Shown here: in pieces, positions 53,028-64,000 of the stretch
How positions within the stretch are numbered: position 1 is the stretch's first letter
Layout: each line of letters starts with the position of its first letter
The notes under the pieces: model-generated
What the model was told of the DNA's origin: nothing
The model's input: only the letters and a program-made list of their open reading frames with translations
Databases searched by the model: none
Program-made: the position numbers and the translations under genes
Assembly (NCBI RefSeq): GCF_009914755.1
Contig: NC_060936.1
Source: the human T2T-CHM13v2.0 reference genome, Homo sapiens
Length of the DNA: 64,000 bases
Direction: 5' to 3' (one strand)

Positions 53028-55286
53028 GTCAGGCTGTCCGTGAACTCCGGACGTGGCCCTGGCGGGCCGTGTTGGTGGAGTCTCATTTCGGGTTGTTTGC
53101 CGACGGTTCGGATTTTTGCCACCCTGTTTTTAGTAAAGTTAGTCTGGTAGTCTTGCTTCCGCTGGTTTTGCTGCATTTTGGTTGGGAACTTTTCATTTTT
53201 TTCTGTAACGTCAAAATGGCATAAGAATTTATCACTTTCTCAGCACCTGGACAGAATACTCGGGTCCCAGCACTCCAGCCCATTTACTGGTGACCAGTTA
53301 GAGACCCCAAGTCAGCATGGTTTGGGGTGGGGACACGGGTAATGAGGGAGAGGTCATGGGACCACCTCGCTAGGAGTGGAGGCTGGGGGAGAGGAGCCCG
53401 GGGTGGCCTGGCTGGCTCAGGAGGGCCCTCTAAGTAGGAGGACCACAGAGCTGGCCCAAGGTCCCAGGGCAGACCCAGTCTGGCTGCCCTGAGTCAGAGG
53501 CAGCCACGGGAGGAGCCCAGCCCACCTGAGTCTCCAGGAGTCCCTGAGTGACCCCTGTGTCCCAGGCTGCCCCCTCCCTCCGGACTCCCCCTCCATACTC
53601 CCCTACCCAGATGGCACCAGGACCCCCTCTGGCCTCAGCTCCTGCTTTCAGGAGCCCACGGGCCTGACCACCCTTCAGTGCCCCCAGGCCTCCTGCCCCT
53701 GTCCAGATGAGCTGAGTGAGTGGCCCCAGGCTAGAATCCAGGCTCTGGGCCTCGGGACCCCTAGGGCGCCGCCTCACACCTGCTGAGGCAACCCCGGGCT
53801 GGGGATCTAACCCTTCTTAGTGGCCCGGGGTCAGGCCCTGACTCCCGCCATGTGGCCCATGACAAAGCCATTTGTCCCTAAAGAAGGGTGAGCATGTAAG
53901 CAGCCCCCAGGTCCCTGAGGGAGGGCCAGGGCTTGTGGCGTGCGATGTGTGTGTTTGTGCCACGCATGTGCCTCCCCTAGAGACCCCTCGGGCCTGGTGT
54001 CCTCCCCGGCCCCACCCCAGGAGTGTATGGCATCTGAAGTGGTCGTGTGGCAGCAGCTGGGAGGCCCATTGCTGAGCCTGGCCTGCACCCCTGGGAGAGC
54101 TGGGGGGCCCGTCACAGCCTGGCTGGCTGCACCCCGGGAGAGCTGGCCCACAGGGCCTCTGGGGAGGGTGCCTGCTGTTTCTTTGGGAGCCTGGGGAGGT
54201 GGCTGGCGGGGAGAGCCGGCCGTCCAGATCTGTCAAGCCCCACAGCTACGTGCCCCCTGTGTGGGTGTGGGTCTCTCTCCGGGCCCCTCGCTCACAGTGA
54301 GGCCTGTGTGGGGGGCATGGGGCCGGGGGCTGTGTTGGGATGTGACAGCAGTCGGAATGTTCCAGTGGGGAGGCCTGCGGGACCCACAGGCCCCCAGCCA
54401 CCCTTGCAGAGGCGCCGCAGCAGCTACCTGCCTGTCAGACACCTTCTGGCCAATCCCGGCTGGAGGCTGAGCTACAGGCTGTCGAGGACCGCAGCAGAGT
54501 GGATCTGTGGCTGCCGACCCCTCCCGGCCCCTAGCCCTCCACTCTCATCCTACAGACCCTCCAGGGAAATGAGGAGGATGGGCCATCCCCACACACCTGT
54601 CCTGGGCTGCCCCCACCACCCCCATGTGGGGATGTGGGTCATGGAAGTCTGGGTTCTCCTGCTCTACAGCCTGGAATGTCCAGATCCCCTGGGAGCTTTG
54701 GGAGGTGCCGGGGCCCCTTGAGGTGCTACTGCACAGGGCCCCCCATCCTGGTCAGCAGGCGGCCCTGCGTGGGCCTTGCAGAGCTGGGTGGGGCTGTGCT
54801 TGGGTGGCCACCAACCTATTCTAGGGGAGGGAGGTCAGAGGCTGAAGAGCCATCAGGTGCTGGTGTCCCCGTGGGCCAGGACAGCTGGAGGCGCAGCTGC
54901 AGCTACCCTGTGTGATGCGTGGAAACTGAGGCTTGGCCATGGTACTCACCCCACTGGGGGCTGGGCAGAGAGGCCGACAACCCCAGCCAGGTCCCGTGGC
55001 CACCTGCCCATGCTCCCGTCTGCTCAGCGGGCTTCCTCTGCTCTCACCACGGCAGGCTGGGCCCCTTCTGCCTGTGTATGTGACCAAGGGTACCTGCCAC
55101 CTCTGCTGTCCCCTGGGACAGTGCTCTGCAAGGCCTCCAGGAGCTTGGGTGGCCAGACTGGTCCCTGGGACTGGTGGGCCTCATCCGGCCTCGGCAGCCG
55201 CCCCGCCCATTCCAGATCTCTGCTCTGCCCAGGTCTTGATGCTGCACAGTGGAGCCTCCAGGGCCGGCCAGGCAGGGATGGTGCCG

Positions 55287-55448
55287 GGCAGGGGTGGTGC
55301 CGGGCAGGGGTGGTGCTGGACCTCTGGGAGAGGCCAGGTGAGCCGCTGGCCAGCAGGGAAGGGCCAGCCAGGCAGGGGTGGTGCTGGGCAGCAGTGGTGC
55401 TGGACCTCTGGGAGAGGCCAGGTGAGCCGCTGGCCAGCAGGGAAGGGT
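55287..55448. repeat. ~84-bp tandem duplication
   Basis: GTGGTGCTGGACCTCTGGGAGAGGCCAGGTGAGCCGCTGGCCAGCAGGGAAGGG occurs twice. Confidence 0.9.
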
Positions 55449-56702
55449 TCTGAGCTGTTCTGCTTTCCCTGACAGACTTTATAAGCATTTATTGAGCACC
55501 GGCTGTGTGCCAGGCCCTGGGCCAGCCCCCAAGATACACCCACAGGCCCCATTGCCAGTGAGTATTGGGATGGCAGTAAAGAGTCTGTCGTCGAAGGCTA
55601 GGAGTCACAGAGGAGGCCACGAGGGCTTCTGGGGAAGAGTGCAGGCTGTGAGGGGCAGCACCGTGGCGTGGCGGTTCCCGAGAGCCCGTCAGGAAGGGCA
55701 CATGTAGCAGGTGGTACAGGTTTGGGGTGCCGGTGGCAGGCAGGCTGGAGACAGCTGGGGGCTGTGGCTGGGGGGCTGCAGGGCTGGGGGGTGGGGCGCT
55801 GCGCAGCACCTAAACTCCGTGAGATCAGGTGCTCTGGGGACTCAGGGCAAATGGGGTACTTGGTTCCACGTACCTGTGGAGGACGGCAGGCGTCCTCAGG
55901 AGTGTGAGGGACAGAACGGCCTCTGAGCCCCAGCTCCGTTGGCGCAGCAGAGCTGTGCTGATCTGGTTTGTGAGCTGGCCTGTGGGGTGGATGGGGTTCC
56001 CCAGAGCTGTGCTGGCGTCAGGGAGGAGGCTGGGTGGGCTACTGGGCTCTCCGCAGCCCAGACAGGTGTGAAGGTCTCCACGCCCGTCTTCCCGGCCCAC
56101 GTGTGTACCATGTACGTGCACCCGGGACCCTCTGGCCGGAATCCGTGGTGTCTGGCTCAGGAGGCGCCGGCACTGCCCTCTAGACTCTGCGGGAGCCATC
56201 AAGCGTCTGGGGCTGGGAGCCGCACGCCGTGACCCTGCCCCACTGAGGCCAGAGGGACACCTGCCCAGTCTGTGGCCGCCACCTTCCCTCTGTTGAGAAC
56301 TTGGTCCTGGCTGGCGGCTTTAGGGAGCAGAGCAGCCGAGTGTGTCCCAGGCTTACACCCCCACTGTGGGTGCTGTGCTGTCCCCATGCTGCACATGAGG
56401 AACCTGACGCACAGAGCCGTGCAGTCACTTCCCGTGTCTACACTGCTGGCGAGTGGCTGAGCAGGATCAGAACTCAGGCAAGGGCTGGAGGCTGGGGCTG
56501 CCCCTCTCTGGCCTGGGCTCATGGGGCCGGCCTCTCTGCTCCCTGTCCTCTGTCCCCCATAGGGCCAGCCGGTCCTGCTGTGTGTCCAGACCAGCCTCCG
56601 GGGAGTCCTGGCCCTGTTGCCATCCCCTGTCCTGGCCCCTCCACCCACCCAGTCCATAGTTTCCTGAATCCGACCTCATCCAGCTGCTGTCCTGCCTGGG
56701 AG

Positions 56703-56850
56703 CCCAGGGCCCTGCAGACTCCATCCAGCCCGGGACAGCCCATTCACACCCTTACAGGGATCCCAGGCCCTGCAGACTCCGTCCAGCCCGGGACAGCCCA
56801 TTCACACCCTTACAGGGAGCCCAGGCCCTGCAGACTCCGTCCAGCCTGGA
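56703..56850. repeat. 59-bp repeat x2.5
   Basis: GGCCCTGCAGACTCCRTCCAGCCCGGGACAGCCCATTCACACCCTTACAGGGA. Confidence 0.9.
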
Positions 56851-58804
56851 ACAGTCTGTGTCCTCACAGGGAGCTCAGGCCCTGCCACAGCCCCACCCTC
56901 TCTAACCTCTCCTGCCGCAGTGTCCCCCACAGCCCTTGGCCCCTGCCCCAGTTGCTGCTGCTCATACCCCAGCAGGCCTCTGGCTGTCCTCGGCCAGACC
57001 CTCATCCCATGCCTCACTCGCCTGCCCCTCACACCCTGTCCTGTGGCCGGCGTGGCTGCGTGCCTCTCCCCAGGGACCATGTGGCCAGGAGCTGGGCGGG
57101 GAAGGAGCCCAAGGGGCCTGCAGCCACTGCCAGGGAGGGGACCCTGATGTGGACCGGGCCCCTGACGTGGACTGGACTGGGTGGGGGCTACATTGGTCCC
57201 CCTGCAACTCTGCTCCCTGGGGCCCTGAGGTCAGAAGTGGGTCGGCCTCGTGGTCCTGTTCACTCTGGGAGCCCAGCCCCTACCAGCCCCTAGCCCCAGG
57301 GGTCGTCAGTTCTGTGGGCACAGCTGGACTAGAATTCCGGGATAAAGCTGGGGCCGAGCGGCGGCTGCCCCTGTGGTCCTCGCGCCCCAGGCCTGTGGCT
57401 TTAGCGACACCTGGCTAGCGTGGGCCCGGGCCGCCCTCCCCATGGCTGAGGAAGAGGCTCTGTGTGTCCCAGGCTGCTGCGTGGGATCGCCAGTGGCAGC
57501 TGTCAGCAGGGGTGATGGCCGGGGGAGGGGCTCCCAGGGCCAGGAGCCTCAGAGACCAGTGTGGGCTGACAAAGCCCAGCCCCAGTGGTTGGTGCGCTGG
57601 GTGCCCTCACTGCTGTCATGAGTTCACAGGGGCCAGTGTGGGCCATGGAAATGAAGCCTGAGCCTGCCTTCCGCTCGGGGCCCAAGGCCTTGGACAGGAG
57701 TGAGAGGGGCTGCCGTGAGCAAATGCACGGCCCATTCCTGTGCAGGGGCCAGTGAGGGGAGGGGCCAGGACAGGGGCCTCTGGAGAGGGTGGGACCCCAG
57801 TGGTGGATTCCTCGTCCCAGCAGCGCTGGCCACACAGCAGGGCCCAGCATGCAGGGCGGCTGAGCAGGAGCTGGCGGGGAGCAGGACACCCAGGCCCGTG
57901 GCTCCTCTCCTTCCTTCGACTGCCCAGATCTCTGCTCACAGGGTCCTGCCCTGCGTCCCCCCTTTGGGGACAGCCTCACCTGCCCGGTGTCTCCAGCACC
58001 TGGCTTCTTTCTGTTGTCTTCCTCTAAATCTAAATCCAAATGACTTGCCTTTCCTTTTATTCTTTTCGTTATTGTGAGGAAGTCTGTTTGTACAGAGAGT
58101 GCATGGACGGGACATATGTTGGTTTTGAAGAGGTGACCTCCCGGGTCTGAGTGATGCGTCCCACTCAGTGTGTTGACCACCATCCTGATGCGTCCTCATG
58201 CCCCAACCTGCGGCAGCCCCGCATTTCCTTAGGGACAGAGGGGGCAGCTGCCTGCTTTCCCCCACCTGCCAGCAATGGTGTGGTCCGTCCTTCTGGGGGC
58301 CCTTCTAGAATCCTTGGCAGACCCCACTGGTGGCCGGGGCAGGCTCCAGCCCTTTGTCACCTCCCTCCTGGCAAACTGCCGCCCTGGGCCATCTTCCCTG
58401 GTGCCACCTCAGCCCTCCACCCCCGGCCCTTATGGCCACCCAGAGGAATCCTGCGGAAGGCCTTTGGTTTGAAGGGTGAGACTGCGGGCCACAGCCAGGT
58501 GTGATCCGTGGTCTTCCAGTAAATCGGAGCTGGAGGGAGGAACGTCCGAGTGCACAGCAGGACTGACCTCCAGGCCTGGCACGTGACAGTGGCCTCCCAG
58601 TCGGGCTGGTCAGAGGGTGACTGGGCAGCCTCTTTCACCCTCCAGGCTCAGCCCCTATCAGACGGTTCTCCAGGCGTGGCTGGACTGGAACCCTGGGATA
58701 AAACCAGGGCCAAGCAGTAGCTCCACTGCAGTCCTCACACCAGCCTGCCCCTTACACCATCCCCCACCTCCCTGCTTCAGGCCTCGAGCCCGCTATCCCC
58801 ATGC

Positions 58805-58962
58805 CTGCCTGTCCCCGCCCCCTCCTGTCCCCGCCCCCTACCGTCCCTGCCCTCTCCTGTCCCCGCCCCCTCCTGTCCCCGCCCCCTCCTGTCCTCACCC
58901 TCTCCTGTCCCCGCCCCCTCCTGTTCTCACCCTCTCCTGTCCCCGCCCTCTCCTGTCCACCT
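58805..58962. repeat. ~16-17-bp C-rich repeat (CTCCTGTCCCCGCCCC)
   Basis: Direct repeats visible. Confidence 0.88.
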
Positions 58963-60860
58963 GCCGTGCCCCCTGCATTCACACCCGTCCTGGCACCACT
59001 CCATCCCAGGCAGCACTGCTGTTCTCCATGACACCGTCACCAATGGTCTGGGTCTCCGACTTGTCTGCAGGTAGCTCTTCCCGGCCCGCACAGGGCCAGG
59101 CCACAGCCTCCATAGCTCCCAAGGGGTGGAGTGCAGCAGTAACGGCCAAGCTGGGCCTCACAGTGCCCCGCCTCCCACCCCACCCCCCAGGAGCCCTGAC
59201 CCTACCTCCTTGCCCCTAGAGTGCAGCCACATGCCCTCACTGGGTGCTTGGGAATGTCAGCCAGCCCCGAGAGGCAGCAGCCACCATGCTTTTGGTGGTC
59301 CTGCAGGGGCAGCCCAGCTCCCAGCTGCTGGTCCGTTGCTAGGCGAGAGCCGCAAGCCCGCAGGACCACATCCTGGAGGCCATAGGAGCAGCTGGGCACG
59401 ACCTGGAGGCCTCTGGAACAAGTGAGGTGTCAGTGAGGCTTGCCGGGGCAGTTTCTGTGGGTGCGTGATGTGGGGTCCCCATCAGAAAAAACCGGCCAAG
59501 GCGACATTGGACATGGGACGCCCTGGGCGGGGGGAGATGTGGGGGCTGTCGCCCACCAGGTGAGTGTGAGCCATGGGGGAGATGGGTCATGGTGGGAAAG
59601 GGTCCCGTTCCCACCTTCGCAGCTGGAGGGGTAATTAGACCCAGTCCCCACACGGGGCCATGGGTGGGCCTCCCTGTAGGGTCTCCTGTGCCAGTTTCTG
59701 TTCAGCTTTTGACCCAAGGCAGAGAGGATGTCGGGGCACAGGCCACCACAGGTCCCGGGTATGGGAGGCAGCCATGCCAGCTGGGTGCTGAGCAGATTTT
59801 CAGGTGCTCTGCAGGGAGAGCTGTGGGGTTTGCACACAGACTGAACACAGTTGAGAGTCAGAGGCTCTGGGCTTTGGGCCTGAGCTCTTGGAATGACAGA
59901 GACAAGCCTGACGAAGGTGTGAGTCAACAAGGTTCTGGGAGCCAAGCAGCTGCAGCCTCCCTCAGCCTCCTGCCCCCACTGGAGAGCAGCTTCCAACCCA
60001 TCCGAGAAGACCCCTGGGGGCTCCCTCAGCCCCCTGCCCCCATGGAGAGCAGCTTCTGACCCATCTGAGAAGATCCCTGGGGGTTCCAGGCCTGACTTTG
60101 CCCAGGGGAACATGGTCATCACTCTAGGTGGGAAGCAGAGGGGCCTGCCAGGGAGGTGAGGTCTTGGGTAGGTGGTTCTCCAGAGCCTCCTGCCTGGTGC
60201 CAAGGAGGGGAGAGGCCCTTGCTGTGGTTTCAGGAGCAGGGCGTGGCCACCTGGCTGCAGGGGGTGGGCCAGGCCTTGGTGCAAACAGGCAGCCCCGTCC
60301 CAAAGAGGGGGCAGCAGGGCTCTGTGTGTGCTGAGGTAGAATTATTTTATCTCTCCGTGTCTGGTTCACTGTAGCGTGATTAGGAATGTTATTGGTGCTG
60401 TATGGTAATGACATTAAGAGAGCCAAAAGCAGTCGCATAGAATTGCTACAGGAAAATCTGTCTAGCAATGTCACGGCAGCCTGCGCCCAGCCCTGGTGGT
60501 CCTCCTGGGAGAGGAGCAGGGAGGTCTGGGGCCCTAGCCACTACTGGGGGTGCTGGCGCCACTGCAGGGCAGTGGCGTTGCGCAGGGAGGGCCTCCACCG
60601 CGCCTTCTTGGAGGGCCCCTGTGTGCGCAGGTGTGGTGCCACGGGTGCTGACCCAGGTGTGCACTGCACACCTGTGGGGGGTTCAAGGCCTCCGCTGCCT
60701 CAGCCTAGCAGGGGTTCCTGCAGCTGGGACAGTGGCCTGAGGCGGCCCTGGCTGGCACCCCAGGGCTGGGCTGGGTGGTGGGTGGTGCTGGGGACAGCTC
60801 CTGGAGCCTTTCCAGGCCTCTCTGTGTCTCTTGTGTCTTCATTCGACACTGGGGTGGTCA

Positions 60861-61433
<573 letters not shown>

Positions 61434-64000
61434 CTAGCTTACAAATGAGGACACTGGGGCTGCCCAGGGCACGCACTGTCCCTCAGTCCCTGGGGACTGC
61501 CCCCCGTCTGGCCTGGACTCCTGTCCCGGCCCCACCCCCACCCGTGGTCTGCCCCAAGGGGAACTCTGGTCCTCACAGGAGCGGGGGTGACCACGCTGCT
61601 GCCTGTCATGGTGGCCTTGGACGGGACGCTGTATGGTCTCTGAGCTGCACCACCAACCCCTCAGGTGTACGTGGAGTGACTGAGCGACTGGGCAGAGTGG
61701 GGTGTTGGGTGCAGCGGTGGGGCTGGCAAGGGCCCCTGCCTGGGCCTCCTTGGTCGTGCCTCTCTCAGCAGCTGGGCAGGGCAGTGCTGTGGCGTTGCTG
61801 TGGGGCCTCTGAAACCTGCCAGGCGAAGCCCACAGGGCCAGCCTTACCCTGGAAAGCCCCGGAGTGACCAGCAGAGGGGCCAGCCGCACGGCTCTCCCAG
61901 GCCTGGGTACCTTTCCCACCGTCTTAAGGTAGCAGGCGAAGCGCTGGCTGGCATCTCAAGAGCAGAGTGCTGGGACAGCCCTCCCAGAGCTTCCTGGGAA
62001 TGGCCTCTGTTCTCTGCAGTGAGCGTGGCTGCAGTGCTGGCTGGGGGTGTGTGGGCACAGGGGCTGCGCCTGGAGCCGGAGATGTCGGAGGCCTCTCCTC
62101 CTCGGTGTGGGCACCCACCCCATGCTGTCTGTTCTCTAGAATGTTCACTCAGCAGCACTTGTGAGCCCTGTCTGGGGCTGAGCAGGGGGCAGGACAGATG
62201 GACATTCTGGTGGGGGTCAGACGGGACAGGAAACTGCCTTGTGCTTGGTGTGACTGTGGCCGGGGTGGGGAGGGAGCTGGAGGGTGGGTCTGTGGATGGG
62301 AGGAGGGGCCGGCAGAAATCTTTATATTTTTTTGAAAGCAGAGTAACACTAGAGCAGGTTTACAGAAAATGTGGTAAATTTAAACAATTTGCCCTTGACA
62401 CATGCGTCCTTCTGGCCAGCTGTGAGCACTGTGGCAATGGGGAGAGGTGTGGAGCGGGCCTGGGGGAGCGTCTGTGCCCCGAGGGTACCACCCGGTCCCG
62501 CCTCCTCAGATCTGCCCTCTGCCTGTCCCCTCTGACTCTTTGCCCAGTAGAAAGACAAATCCCAGCACAGTGGTGCCCTGCGTGGCAGGCTGCCCTTGCA
62601 GGTTTCCTAGTTACTGTGAAAGGTAACACCTTGATTTGTTCCTGCTTTTGATCCAGCGCTGCAAACAGCCGTTCTCTGGGCTGCAGCCTTTGATTCATCC
62701 AGGCTGAGACCCTCAGAGCTCACTGGGAACCGTTTCTGCAGTGTTAGCAGATTGCGTCCACAGCTGCCTGGGATGGGCAGCCCTGACAGATCCTGGGTGG
62801 GCGAGCAGGAACTCTGGAGGCCATGGGCTCTCGGGCTTGTGCAGGAGCAGGCCGCTCACAGCAGGGCTCTGGGCCTTGAGTGGTGGCTCTGCAGAGAGCA
62901 TATGGCGGGAGCTGGGCCTCGGGGAGGCAAGGAGTCTTCCTGGAGCCGGAAACAGCAAAGAGTTGGAGTGACAGGATCAGCCCTCGTGGGCAGGGGGCCC
63001 GGAAACGCTGCTGGGCCTCTCAGGGCCTCCAGCTCAGACTGGTGGGGGTGGCGCTTGTGTCATGGGGCGGGCGCCCAGCCGGAGAGGGCGTGGCCGGCAC
63101 CACCATGGCTCTTGTCTCTGTCGTCTGCCCTTACCGGAGGGACAGCCAAGGTCCTTCTCCCCAGGGACACCATGGCTCTATGCGGGGGCAGGTCCTCCTC
63201 GGGGACACTGTGGCCCTCCGTGGGGGCGGATCCTCCCCAGTGGCTTCCCAGGGTCCTTGGCAGCAGCTCTGACATGGGTTCTGTCCTGGGCTTCACTGCT
63301 GCTGTTTTCCTCACAGCTGTGCCCTCCCCGAGAGGATTCTGTCCTTTCGTGGACGCTTCTCCCTGGCCGGCTGGCTCCTCTGGACCCTAAACTTGACGCG
63401 CCGTATCTGTCTGCACCAGCCCTGGTGCCAGGAGCTGAGCCAGCATACAGAAGGTGCTTACTAGTGGTTTATCGAGTGTGGAGGTGGGGACCCCAGAACC
63501 TGGGGCTGCCCGATGTCCACCGGCAGGGCGGAGGCTGGAGTGTCCTGGGGCTGTCCGCAGGCTAGAAGGTGCTCTGAAGGAGTCGAGATGGGACGAGAGG
63601 GGACCAGGGGAGGCCAGCAGGTTTACAGGGGGCCTGGGGGTGTCCCCAGGGTCTGGTAGCCCAAAGGTGAACACGGGGAATCATCTCTGTCCCAAATCCA
63701 CAGACCCGTCTGGGAGCACTGGCCAGAACCCCTCAGGCCCTCTGGAATATGGTGTCACCTGGGGGAGCACTTCCTGTGGGCTGTCACCTGGGGGAGCACT
63801 TCTTGTGGGGCCTGGGTGTCCCCTGGAGAGGCTCCTGTGGTCCCTGGCCCCCACTGCAGGGCACTCGCTCTTGAAAGGTAGCCCTGGTCTCAGCAGGGAG
63901 GGGCAGTCCTGGGCAGCCCTGGGCTGGCCTCCTGTGAAGCTTACTGGAGACTCCCTGCTGGACTAAGCTTTTTCTCGTCTGGCCCCTTCGATGGCTGAGC

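Overview
Primate (almost certainly human) GC-rich subtelomeric DNA, recognisable as the distal chr12q24.33 interval containing the MUC8 tandem-repeat locus and the 5' end of FBRSL1. The only convincing protein-coding exon is FBRSL1 exon 1 (CDS 46635-46925, + strand, in a CpG island). The rest of the window to 64000 appears to be FBRSL1 intron 1, and no exon 2 was recognised. On the - strand at 29352-30179 is the MUC8 40/41-bp-repeat ORF (C-terminus ...GSGLLPAHIVPLCKSEER), whose coding status is doubtful. The ~45 kb upstream of FBRSL1 holds Alu, L1, L2, MIR, MLT, MER and one LTR8-like element, plus an unusually dense set of minisatellites. Several minisatellites arose inside transposon relics, and each multimerises a different transcription-factor motif: 6 perfect CREs in a solo LTR8, ~27 CACCTG E2-boxes, 7 GATA sites in an MLT1, ~45 GC-box/CCGCGG units and 17 RCGTG cores. 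Other points of note are three uORFs in the FBRSL1 leader, a 1.2-kb frame-perfect (CAT/CAC)n tract and a TTAGGG-bearing 56-bp repeat. Nearly all other ORFs in the supplied track are artefacts of GC richness or simple repeats. Repeat family names and gene identities come from my recall of consensus sequences, not from a database search.
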